Shown: piece by piece, positions 16,401 through 28,688 of the stretch
Numbering within the stretch: the first letter of the stretch is position 1
Layout of the letters: each line of letters starts with the position of its first letter
Origin: Octopus sinensis
Lineage: Eukaryota
Direction of reading: 5' to 3'
DNA length: 64,000 nt
NCBI RefSeq assembly: GCF_006345805.1
Contig: NC_043023.1
Coordinates: 11,594,001-11,658,000, forward strand
Program-made: the position numbers and the translations under genes
The notes under the pieces: model-generated
The model's database searches: none
Told to the model about the DNA's origin: nothing
What the model saw: the letters and a program-made list of their open reading frames with translations, nothing else

Positions 16401-17397
16401 ATGTGGTGTGAATGGTTACCAACCCAGTCTTCAATGAATTGGACCTTCCATTTTTGTGCATTGATGGAAGGGCTGACACCTTGTGCATTGAGTAGGAATG
16501 TGGAGGTTAGTGTAGTGGCTGGTTTTGACTGTTGCAGGGGGCTTGGATTTTTTGTGTGTGTTATTGGCAGCAATGTGGGGAATTGGTGCACTGGGGTAAT
16601 AGCATAGGATGGTGTTGAGTGATGGCTAGAATGTTTTTGTGTATCTCTTTTGCCATGTTCAACATGGCTAAAAAAGAATTTTCCTGCTTAGGGAGCAGTT
16701 TTTGGCTGGAGGTGTGGTTGCACTGTTGGATAGGGTTGTAGTTTCCACTTTTGTTGTTGTTGTTTTTGTGTCTTCCTGAAAAGACTGGACCAGCATTACT
16801 GCAGCATGGTGTGTTTCTATTTTTATTGTTATTCAGGTTTGTGTGTTGGCTTGAGGCCCCGTTTCTGTTTGTGCGTCGGGTCCCTGGAAGATGAGTGAAG
16901 GGAATTCTCACGTTGGGAATACGGGCAGATTTTGGGACTCCAAGTTGTGTGTGTTTTGAATTTCGATTTACTATTTGGTGGTGTTGATGTTATTGTGGGA
17001 TGCGTGCTTTGGCCTTGGCCGGTAGTGCGTCTAGTGCCGGGTAGATGCGTGAAGATGCAGTCACTATTTGTGCAGAGTCTCTGGCGCAGTGAATAGCGGC
17101 ATATTTGGGGATTTCTTGTTTGTGCCGTGGGGAGCGCATTCTGCTTCCTATGTTTCTTTAAGTTTTTGTTACTGCAGTAGTATTGAGGTGGTGATGTGGG
17201 GGAAGAGGGCAGTGGTTTCTTATTTGGTTTTCTGTCGGTATTTTTGGTGATAGAAGACGATGGTGGCAGCGGTGGTGATGATGATGATGATAATTGTGGT
17301 GGTTGCTGTGAGAGCGGTGAAAAGATACTGGCATTTAGTGAATCGTCTAGTAAGCTAGAGTTGAGGAGTGGCTGTTGTTGTTCTTGTTGCTGTGCTG
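13476..17397 (-). mobile_element. Near full-length CR1/L2/Jockey-group LINE (APE endonuclease + RT, frameshifted) with (TATCAAAG)3 3' tail
   Basis: LTETHL, MMGDFNLP, PTRHQNILDLVFSN, GVPQGTVLGPLLF, IFADDSKL, LYSLQRRRERY; tail tactttga x3 at 13476-13499. Confidence 0.9.
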
Positions 17398-17400
17398 TTG

Positions 17401-17461
<61 letters not shown>

Positions 17462-17509
17462 TTTATATATATATACATATACATATATATATATAACATA
17501 TATATATAC

Positions 17510-17560
<51 letters not shown>

Positions 17561-17848
17561 TATATCTATATATATATACTATATATATATATACATATAT
17601 ATACACATATATATATATATATATACGTATATATATATATATACATATATATATATTACATACATATATATATATATAATATATATTACATACATATATA
17701 TATATATATATATATGTATACATATATATATATACATATATGTATATATATACATATATATATATATATAAATATATGTATATATATATATGTATATATA
17801 TACACACACACATATATATATACATATATACATACATATATACATATA

Positions 17849-17887
<39 letters not shown>

Positions 17888-17976
17888 TATATACATACAT
17901 ACATATATATACATATATATATATATATGTATGTATATATGCATGTATGTATATATGTATGTATATATATACATAT
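17398..17976. repeat. Complex (TA)n/(TACA) microsatellite, ~580 bp
   Basis: Direct sequence. Confidence 0.98.
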
Positions 17977-18595
17977 CTGTGACTTGTGTTTGTCCCTAGT
18001 CACCGCTACATTTTCGGTTTTGGCTGTTTACGTCATCGTAACTTAGCAATTCGACTAAAGGAGAACGACGGAATGAGTAACAGTTTGAAGAGAGATAAGC
18101 TCAGCCGTCGATGAGTGTGATTAAACACGTTGATGTGGTGCTCCAGCATGGCGGTTGTCCAAGAATTGAAACAAGTAAGCGTCGGACGTTAAAAATCTAT
18201 TTTAAAGGCAATTTGTGTTAAGGGAGATAACTCTTAATTATAAACAGGATGATTTCAAAAATAGCAGTCAAAAGATTTTAAGGCATTCTTCAAGGGAGAT
18301 AACTCCCGCACAGTATATTTGTGAGTAGTCTCCCTTAACACCAAACGTTAGGCCACCGTTATAGTGCTAAGGGTGAGAGAATGAGATGGAGAGAAACTGA
18401 CAGACAATCAGTCGGACAGACACGTAAGTCGGTGAGTGAAGAATAGACACGTATTCTGTGTCATTCCATAAATAATGCGGGTTTTTTAAAAATTTATTTT
18501 TCAAAATTAAGATTTTTTTTTAATTTAAAATTTTCAACATATAAATATATATGTGTGTGTGTGTATATATATGTATATATGTGTATGTATGTACG

Positions 18596-18631
<36 letters not shown>

Positions 18632-21377
18632 ATATATATTTCGATTCCTAGACTAGGCATTGTGAGTGTTTATTGAGCTGAAACACCTAAAGCTCCACGA
18701 GGCTCCGGCAGGGGGTGGTGGCGATCCCTGCTGAACTCTTTCGCCGCAATTTTCTCTCACCCTTTCTTCTGTTGGCCTGCTCGCTTAGCCAGTGGGGTGG
18801 CGTCATTTAAAGGCTAAAACAATGCGAAACCCATTGTGACCAGCGATGTGTAGCAACATCTGATAGCCTGGTCGGTCACGGTGATCACGTTGATATATAT
18901 GAATATATATTTTTACAACCATCCAGCATTCTGAACATCTTTTTTCTTTCATATATATTAAATCTGTACATCACCCTCAATACTTCTATTATACATATAT
19001 ATATATATATATATAGGATCTAAGAGGTAATGGTGTCATTGAGACCCAAAGTCGTCAGGTAATGCTGAATAAGTGCCATAGTTTGACCATAGTTAAGTTC
19101 CAGGTTCGGAGATTTTGGGAATAAGGGGTTCAACGTTGGTCATCTGTCAGTGTGTGTAAATAAGAATTTTTTAAGTAATGTTATAAAGAACCAAGGCTGT
19201 GTAGATATTAGAACATTTATAGATAGAAGGTCTTACACCTGTTTCCAGGATATTTATTAATTATATCCCTTCATTGGAGATGATGTGGGATGATTTTTAA
19301 TTAATAGTTAATTTAGATAGGATACAAAATAGAGAGTGAGGTGGAGGAAAGAAAATAGATGTGAGATATGTAGGGGTATTGAATTTGTAGATCCATTTTT
19401 AGGCAGAATGGTAGATATGTAAGATTCCAATACTTTGTGAGAAAAATCCAGCAGTATTTAAAATTGTTTATTCCAAGTTTAAAGTTTATACACAATGTAA
19501 GATTCCAATACCTTATGAGTAAGATTCGACAGTATTTAAAAGTGATCATTCCCAGTACAGAATTTATACACTATGGTTTTTTTTTTTATCTCATTACGCA
19601 AAAAATTCTTATATATATATACATATACATACATATAAAAGTAATCAATTTAATGTCAGATTATAGAGTGATCAATGGTTCTGCATTCACAAAGCATTTG
19701 TAGATGCAAAACATTTGGTCACTCTATGACTGGACATCAAATCTATAACTTCAATACATTACTGCCCAATGTTTACACACACACACAAACATATATATAT
19801 ATATAAATTTTACTTTCAATAGGTAGATGTGTGATGTACTTCTGATGACACCCACACACACATATAACTCCATCCCCAACCTCTTGACACCTTCCATACA
19901 TCGTCTCTTACTTTGTGGGAGTTTTCCTTGCATCTTGTCACCAACATCTTATTTTCATCCCAGATACTCCCACCCACTCTTAGGTAAAAGTATGTTAACT
20001 ATGTATCTTCTCTATAGCAAAACATTTCTTCCTTGGTGCAAAATCACATCCCAGGCCCTTTATTAAACTCTCTCCTCCCACTTAACGAAGTGAACTGCTT
20101 TTTTTGTCTTATTTTTTCATATCTTACAAGTTACTTGGCAACCCCTCACTAGTGCTGGTAGTAAGAAACAAGCACCCAGTGCACACTGCGAAGTCGTCAG
20201 CGCTAGGAAGGGCATCCAGCTGTGGAAACAATAGCAAAGTTGACATGTATTGATGAGGAATATGAGGGAGGGAAGGAGAAGGTAGGAAGGAAAGACGAAT
20301 GGATGGATGGTTGGACGTGTACGTACATAGATAAATAAACACGGACATTCTTAAGTACAGACAAACATGTTTGTATCACTTCGAATTAAACTGCGACCAT
20401 CCTGAAGTATCAGCTCGAAGGTTCCGTTCAGGAATGGAACACCAGAACTTATTTTTCATTTGGTAGTTATAGTGTTGGAGACTTTCGTTGCAGGAATGTA
20501 AACAAACTAACAATGGTTTTCGAACACTTATGGGAGAAACACACACGCGTCTCCATCCCACCTCGCTCCATCATCACTGTCTGACAAGTTTTGTTGGTTT
20601 CTTTCCATACCTGACGCTTTGGGGGTTCGGTAACAGGATAGCGTAAAAGAAGCAACAGACATGCAAAGAAGCAGTCAGTTTCTAGTTTTCTATCTTTTGT
20701 CATCATCCGGATTGTTTGTTTTTATTACAATTCACATTTTCAGAAAGTAATTATAGCAATAAAAATCATAAAATTTACCACTTGAGTTTTAGCATCAGAC
20801 AATTGTGGAATAATATAGGTTTTACAACGGTCGGATATTTAGTTCGTTTCGTTAACTTTCCGTGTCGCTTTTCTGAAGTGTCCTTAGCTTATATTTCCCG
20901 CGATATCCACTCCTTCGGGTAATTAACGTTAATTCACATTAAACTGGATTTATTTATGATACGAGGTAAGATATAACACATTTCTTTAATAAAAGCCAAT
21001 GAACCCGGCTACTTGACAGTGAAAGCTTTGAATATTGCTAGTCTGACATCGATATAAATTCTGTACTTCGGTAAACTTCTTTAATTAGGCGAATAAAATC
21101 TAAATTGTATTTTATTTGGTATTGCCACGAAAAAGCACCAAATTTTTAATTTCTTTTATTACAGTAAATATTCCTTTTGCTAATTGTCCTCATTCAAAGC
21201 CGTCTATTGTTTTATCATAAAATTATCACTTGCTACATATCTCTGCTGTTTTTTCTGACAAAATGATCCACGTTAATAGTTTGAATGTTTTTTCCCGTTG
21301 CAATCGTCTTGATTGCTCTCATACATATAATCAATTCATTCCATTTATAGATTGTATATTCTAATTAAAGTGTTTAT

Positions 21378-21680
21378 GTTTGGTTGTTCGCTGGAATTGA
21401 GCGGATTAGCAAACGTCGTTTTGTTGTTCCTGTGACTGGTCAGAAGCGTGACAAAGCGACATTGCTTCCACTAATTGAAAAATACATCAAACCTGGCTCA
21501 GTTATGTACAGTGATTCTTGGACGGCTTAGGAAGATATACAAACATTAAGTTCTCAGCATTACATGATAAACCACAAAGAAACTTTTGTTGACAGCATAC
21601 ATGCACTCGACGATTTTTAATAGCCTAGTATTCCTTCAAACTATCTACACCTGTACCTGGCCAGGTATTTATTTATCTCT
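21378..21680 (+). mobile_element. Merlin/IS1595-family DDE transposase relic
   Basis: In-frame VWLFAGIERISKRRFVVPVTGQKRDKATLLPLIEKYIKPGSVMYSDSWTA*...HYMINHKETFVD matches the Merlin motif W.FGGIER...TL.P.I...I.PGS.I.SD.W.AY...H..VNH...FVD. Confidence 0.8.
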
Positions 21681-22089
21681 GCTAGAGAAAAATGACTGAT
21701 GCTGCACCAATTTTTTTTAGCTTGTATTAAATAATTTTGACCTCATAACCCATTAAAATAATTGCTGTATGTTTTTAACTTATCTCTCTGCTTTTATATA
21801 ATATATTGGGTGTGTGGCCATATATAAATTTATATATATAGAGAGATTTTAAAAGTGTCCCGTTTATATAGTTTTCTAAACTGGCAACCCTATCCAAACA
21901 TGTCACTTATGAGCCTATACAATTGATGATACAGCATAGAATTCACACTTGATCAATGTATGATAAAAGTTACACATTTCTCCAAACTAATCTACAATAA
22001 ATGTTTGTTTTGAAGTTATATAATTTGATGGCATTTTTTAATATACAAAATACCTGATATTACAAAAAATAACTCTTAGCACCTTTTCA

Positions 22090-22419
22090 AACTCCACCAG
22101 CCTAATATCAGAAAACAGCACAGCTCCAATGACTTGCGGAAACATTTTTTCATGCTAAGAATTGCTGAAGCATGGAACAAACTGCCGGCATCAGTTGTTA
22201 GTTGTTTGAACACTGCATCCTTCAAAACTTCCATGCTTCCTGAGATTCGCCAAAACTACACTTGATTTTCTCCCCTCCATACACACGCAAGCATGTATCT
22301 GACTCATACACTGTTCGCTTTCCAGACATTTGTACATTACTGCATATACTTTATACGCACTTTTGAAAAGTTGTTGTGCACCTGAGCACTGTATACAATA
22401 ATTTCATTATTATTATTAT
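22090..22419 (+). mobile_element. CR1-like LINE 3' end with (TTA)n tail
   Basis: Matches the 36506-36900 copy (RVAEAWNKLPASVVSC); shared tail gtgcacctgagcactgtatacaataa. Confidence 0.75.
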
Positions 22420-22589
22420 AGATGCTAAGGTGCAGTGAAGAGAGATAAATAAATGGATAAGTTTGTTCATTAAATGCTAACGATGGTGGTTATCTAGTGA
22501 ATATGTGATGGAGCCATTGAATAGATGGTAACCATGTGAGAGTGAATGTGTGGAAAATATATTTCCCAGTCACTGATAAAATGTTAAAA

Positions 22590-23060
22590 TATAACAATGG
22601 TAGGAAATTCTCGACAGAACTGAACAGCAGAGGGTCTTCAGAGACAAAACCCCACTGAGGCAAGTCTTTTGCTCCCTAACTTGTTACATTCTCCCAACTA
22701 TTTCTAAGTTAGCACTCGCTATCCACTCCACGTTTGACAGCATCTATTTTCTTGTATTTATTGCACATGTACATCTACTATTTTTCGTGTTGACGTTCCT
22801 CTAATATTGCTGCACATCTTATGTATCCATAACTTGCACTGGCTACACCTTATCGAGTTTCTTCATATTCCTTTTCCATATTTCAATCAGGGCCATTTCC
22901 CTGTAGGATTTGTCCGCTTACTAACTTATTAAGACTTTGGTCTCTGCTAAATTAACTCTAAGGCCCACTAATTGCAGACCCTGCTTACACACCTGAAATT
23001 TCTTTTCTCTTGCTGGTATTGATTCAGGTGTAAGATGATCAGCATAGAGGGTCTCACAGG
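22590..23060 (-). mobile_element. Degenerate RTE fragment of the same family as 42203-45746 (further pieces at ~24840-24975 and ~25790-26225)
   Basis: Reverse-complement homology to 44100-44450, including the Cys-rich finger region. Confidence 0.65.
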
Positions 23061-23895
23061 GGCAGCCCAGTATATATGTGTGTGTGTGTGTGTGTGTGTC
23101 TGTATTGTGGTTAGTGATTAAATTATAGTGATGTTTATGTTTGATCTGTTCTAAAAGTCATGACACTCATGAACACTAATTTCCTAAATAGATCTGCTCA
23201 GTCGGGGGTGACCTAGTGCTAAACAACAGTGACTTATCATGTTTCCTAAGACAGTAGAATGTTATTGTCCAGTATTTTGTAGTTTAGCATTTTACATAAT
23301 ACTTGAAGGTGGACGAGCTGAAGGCTGTGCATATGTGGACATTACACAAGGTTGTATCATATAATTTTAATAACGAAATGAATTTTAAAGACTAATTATT
23401 GGGGTAAAAGTTTATATCCACAGTTTATGATTATGAAAATGTAGTTATATTTTCTATTGTTGAATTTCTGCTTTTTAAGTCTTTCCTATATCTTCTACTG
23501 TTTCTGTGTCATTTCAGAATATGAGATGTTAGTGGTATAAAGGAGTTTTTAAATCAGATCCATCATGAATATTGATCATCACTTGAAGACTAATGGAAGA
23601 TATTATAAATAATATATATAACCCTGTTTCTATAACAAATCTCTGGTAAATAACTGAAATATTTCTTTAGAATTATTAGCAACATTTGCTTTATTCCATT
23701 GCCAGGAATATTTACAAAAGTATCGGACCTTCTGCTTGAACTTGGAAAAATCTGCAAATGTGTTTGTATTAGCTTCAGATATTCACAAAGATCAGATCAG
23801 CTGTAATTATAGCTGTAGAACTTTTTGAATCAACAAAAAAATATATAAAGAAGAAAGAAAAAGTTGATTTTGTGCTTGTGTACTGGAGAACAATA

Positions 23896-24519
23896 ATGAA
23901 TCGTCAAGAGATGAGAAAAGAAAAAGAATTATCATACCAATGTGATATCTGTAAAAAGTTTATACCTAGAAAGGGAAATCTCACTGTTCACAAACGTATT
24001 CATGCAGGAGGAAAGCAATATCATTGTGATATCTGTGGAAAGTCTTTTTTGTGGAAAAGTCACCTTACCAGACACAAATACATTCATACTGGAGAGAAAC
24101 CATATTCTTGTGATATCTGTGGTAAATCCTTTCCAGTAAAAAGTAATTTAACCTCTCATAAACTTACTCATAATAATGAGAGGCCATATCAGTGTGATAT
24201 TTGTGGTAAATCATTCTCTAAAAAGAGTGGCCTTACTAAACACAAAACCATTCATTCAGGAGAGAAACCATATCAGTGTGATATTTGTGGTAAATCATTC
24301 GCTCATAAGAGTAACCTTACCACTCACAAATACACTCATACAGGAGAAAAAGTATATCAGTGTCATATTTGTGGTAAATCATTCTCTACAAAATGTAATC
24401 TTACTAGTCACAAATCCATTCATACAGGAGAGAAACCACATCACTGTGATATTTGTGGTAAATCATTTGCTCATAAGAGTAACCTTACCACTCACAAATA
24501 CACTCATACAGGAGAGTAA
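23896..24519 (+). CDS. C2H2 zinc-finger protein ZNF-3, 7 fingers; decayed fingers continue past the stop to ~24790
   Basis: ORF 23872-24519, first ATG 23896; acceptor TTTCAG|AATAT at 23517. Confidence 0.85.
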   Translation: MNRQEMRKEKELSYQCDICKKFIPRKGNLTVHKRIHAGGKQYHCDICGKSFLWKSHLTRHKYIHTGEKPYSCDICGKSFPVKSNLTSHKLTHNNERPYQCDICGKSFSKKSGLTKHKTIHSGEKPYQCDICGKSFAHKSNLTTHKYTHTGEKVYQCHICGKSFSTKCNLTSHKSIHTGEKPHHCDICGKSFAHKSNLTTHKYTHTGE

Positions 24520-26531
24520 GTATATCAGTGTGATATTTGTGGTAAATCATTCTCTAAGCTGAGTACTGTAACCTCTCATAAATCCATTCATACAAGAGAG
24601 AAGCAATATCAATGTAATATCTGTGGTATGGCATTCTCTCATAAAAGGAAATTATCTCAGCATGAAGCCACTCATACAAGAGATAATCCATATCCCTGTG
24701 ATATATCTGTGTAAATCATTTTTTTCTCAAGGCAGTTTGACCTCTCATAGATACATTCACGCAGCAGAGAAACGATATTCTTGTGAAATATTTGTCTAAA
24801 AGTATTGCCCAAAATTTACTGAATCTTGAGTCTGTGTGCCCCAGATTCCTTAATTCTGTTCTCATCACCTTCTTCTAAGTAAAATGCATTTGACCTCATC
24901 TATTTTCTGTACATTTCTTGTGTTTATTGCACATGTACATCTACCACACACAAAGACTATTTTCCATGTTGAAAATATGTGGGGGTACATAAATTGTACC
25001 CCCACATATACACAAATTACACCAATTGTATTACTTTTTATTGAGCAAATTAATGTTTTACATTTTTCCTCATTTGCATAATTTTTCCTAATTATGATGA
25101 GAATCTTTCATTCAAATATTGTTGATTAAAATTCATTTGTTCTGTTTCCATGTAGATATGTTATTATGACACTAATGTATGACATTCCAGACTGGGTGTT
25201 TCCTACTGGACATGCTTAGGTATCCCAGCACCTGCATCCTTTGTTGCTACGGCTCCACACCTCCAAGAACAAGCTGGAGGCTTATTACTGTGTTGGGTGG
25301 AGTCTGCAATATACTATTCAAAAGCCTTACCCCTTATGGTCCAAACATATTCCATGAGAACCTGTGCAGTTAATGATACTGCACGCTTATTTTTTTGTAA
25401 ATTCCTGAAATTTGATCTCATTAATTTTGATGAATAAATTTAATAAACTGAAAGGAAAATAAAGTTGTTTTACTCTTCAATTATTTTTCTCTCATTTTAT
25501 ATGCAGACCATCCAAACAAACCTTTTGCTGGTGACACAAACATAAACTATAGAATTTACACAGTTGATCAATGTATGAGAAAGGTAGCATTTCTCCAAAC
25601 TGAGTTACAATAAATGTTTATTTTGAAGCTATTTAATTTGTTGATCTTATTTAATATACAAGACACAAGGTATTAGCTGTTAAGATGCAGTGATGAGAGA
25701 TAAACGAATGGATGAGTTTGTACATTAAATGCTAATGATGGTGGTTATCTAATGAAGATATAATGTTAAAACATAACAATGGTAGGAAATTGTTAAGAGT
25801 GTTGAACAGTAGAAGGTGTTCAGAGATGAAACCCAGCTGAGGCAAGTGTTTTGGCCCCTAACCTGTTACATTCTATCAACTACTTCTTCATTAACCACTC
25901 CCCATCACATTTGACAACATCTACATCCTGTACATTTCTAGTATTTATTCTACATGTACATCTACCACACACATTGACTGTTTTCCACGTTGACTTTCCT
26001 TTGATACTGTTGCACCTCGTTTGTGTCCATAGCTTGCACTGAGTGCAAATTATGGAGTTTCCACGTACGCCTTTTCCATATATCAGGCAGGACCATATCC
26101 CAGAAGAGATTTGGGTTCTGTCTGCTTTCCAATTTATTAACTCTAAGGCCCACTACTTGCAAACCTTGCTTCCACACATGAAATATCATTCCTCTTTCTG
26201 GTATTAATTCAGGATATCACAGGGGCAGCCCAATATATATATATATATTAAAGTAGTTGAGTTGATGTCAGATTATAGAGTGATCAATGGTTCCGCATTC
26301 ACAAAGCATTTGTAGATGCAAAACATTGGACATTAACTCAATAACTTTAATAAATTAGTGTCCAATACTTACACTCACACGCAAACATATATATATATTC
26401 AATTTTCAATAGCTAGATGTGCGATATACTTATTATTATCAGCTGATTAAAAGAAATTCATTCAAAGGACATTTGACCCGGAAGTCAACATCAACTAGGA
26501 ACCACGTTCAATGCGCATTCGTCTCTCATCT

Positions 26532-26921
26532 CAGTTTTTTCTAGCGTTGTCATATGAAATTTTTACCCATAATTATGACCCTAGTATCGATCTATTGCAT
26601 TTCAATCTGTTTTAGGGTTAGGGTTAGGGGAAGGGTATCTTTTTTTCTACATAAATGTAAATAAACCCAATCTATTTCTTAAACGAGGGACATGTTCATA
26701 CAGCACAGAATGTTTTCACCTCAATAGACGTCATTGATTGGTTGAAATTGCAGAAATTGAAGAGAAAAAAATAACAAATATCTTACAAACAATAGAATTG
26801 TCTCAATAAAGCCAAGAGAAAAAGATGTTTTATAAACACATTCTAGCAGTATACGAAGTTTAAACGTGTTTAGTTATGGGGAAATTATTTTAAAAAACTG
26901 CCGGTCAAACCGAAAAGATCC
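26532..26921 (-). mobile_element. GGATC-TIR MITE, one TIR truncated
   Basis: Ends aaaccgaaaagatcc; contains ttagggttagggttaggg. Confidence 0.85.
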
Positions 26922-27029
26922 AAGAATTTTAACAGCTTCTAACCTTTCAACCGAATCCGCCTTTTTTCCAATAACATTCTGGCTATAGAATCGCAAGTAA
27001 TTCTTTAACACGAACCGCTGAATATTCAT

Positions 27030-27533
27030 GAGATCACGTGACATTCAACGTCACACTCGTGAAAAGTTCTCGGAAGTAGAATTTTCTGCATGGGGTGTCG
27101 CCCTTCCAAGGGAGATAATCTCCTTATCGGAATATATACCTATTTCTTTACTACCCACAAGGGGCTAAACATAGAGGGGACAAACAAGGACAGACATAGG
27201 TATTAAGTCGATTACATCGACCCCAGTGCGTAACTGGTGCTTAATTTATCGACCCTGAAAGGATGAAAGGCAAAGTCGACCTCGGCGGAATTTATACCAA
27301 AATATAAAGGGATTTAAACGGAGTTACATAACTTACATATTTCCGGTATCTTTACACGCATGCGTAATAAGCGCACTCAATAGTTGCCAATGATACCAGC
27401 TTCGGTATCCACTGCGTGAATTCCTCTTTATCAGCTGATAATAATAATCCATTTATAATTCTTTTAATGCATTTCTCAACTGCCATATACACACATATAT
27501 AAACAACACTTACCTTTTATGAAACATTTGCGT
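27030..27533 (+). promoter_or_regulatory. Putative promoter and non-coding exon 1 of ZNF-4
   Basis: TCACGTGAC, CGGAAGT, AAGGGAGATAAT and ACGCATGCGT motifs; exon homologous to 38340-38452; donor GC|GTAAGT at 27532. Confidence 0.55.
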
Positions 27534-27688
27534 AAGTATTAAACAATGAAAAGATTCAATGTTTTTTTAATACTGGAGACTTTCGGTTTTTGGCGCCTCA
27601 ATTCGTTGTTCCTCTTCCGTGTTTTATGAACGAGAGATGTCCTTCATTGTGCAGGATTTGGCTGCTATTTCTTGCTACGAGAGACATA

Positions 27689-28145
27689 GGTTCTTTACGG
27701 TTTGAACGGCAGTTTTTAAAAATAATTTCCACGTAACTAAACACTTTTAAACTTCGTATACTGGTAGAATGTGTTTATAAAACATGTTTTTCTCTTGGCT
27801 TTCTTGAGAAAATTCTATAGTTTGTAAGATATTTGTTGTTTATTTTTCTTCAATTTCTGCAATTTCAATCAATCACTGACGTCTATTGAGGTGAAAACAT
27901 TCTATGCCGTATGAACATGTCCCTCGTTTAAGAAACAGATTGGGTTTATTTACATTTCTGAAGAAAAAAAGATACCCTTCCCCCTAATCCTAACCCTAAC
28001 GGATCTTTTCGGTTTGACCGGCGGTTTTTTAAAAATAATTTCCACGTAACTAAACGCTTTTAAACATCGTATACTGGTAGAATGTGTTTATAAAACATTT
28101 TTTTCTCTTGGCTTTATTGAGAAAATTCTATAGTTTGTAAGATAT
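27689..28145 (+). mobile_element. Two tandem truncated GGATC MITEs in ZNF-4 intron 1
   Basis: TIRs at 27689 and 28001; the first copy ends at its CCCTAA tract. Confidence 0.8.
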
Positions 28146-28688
28146 AGCCTCTATATTTTACACTTGTTTTTCTATAATTTCAGAATATCAAATGATAGAA
28201 GAAGGATCCTCAATATCTACTATGTTTTAAAGATTAAAGGAAAACCTTACACAAAACAGATGAATAACATTGTTTCTACAAATCTGTGGAAGAATTCCTT
28301 TGAAGCATTTACTCTGGAATAATTTCTGAACATCCCTGACTGAAGTGTCAAGAAGATAAGCTTGCGTTCCGATTAAAGTTGGATAAATTTATGGAAGTGT
28401 TGCTAAACAAAGGTAACACTGGACAGAAATACAGCAGCAGACGTTTATGTCAAATTTCTAAACATCACAGACTAGTGTGTCAAGAACTGGAGCATATGTG
28501 CCACTGGAACTTGGATAAATTTACAGATGTTTTGCTAAACAAAGAGAACAGTAGAAGGAAATAGAGGAGAAGAAGTGTAAGGAATAAAGTATAAAAACAA
28601 GAGCAAGAAAAATATATCAACTGGGATTTGAGAGGAAAAGAAATAGGAAAGAGAGAGAAAATTATTGAATTGATTTTCCCCTGATCAC

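Noticed and set aside
17196-18046. Ile/Tyr-rich ORFs of 80-240 aa
   Set aside because: Translations of the (TA)n microsatellite
19360-19580. 78-bp tandem repeat as a degenerate repeat-protein exon
   Set aside because: Only 2-3 units, with no Cys/His or other domain pattern and no splice support
26600-26630. (TTAGGG)n tracts as interstitial telomere or fusion sites
   Set aside because: Only 2-3 units, always at the same position inside the MITE
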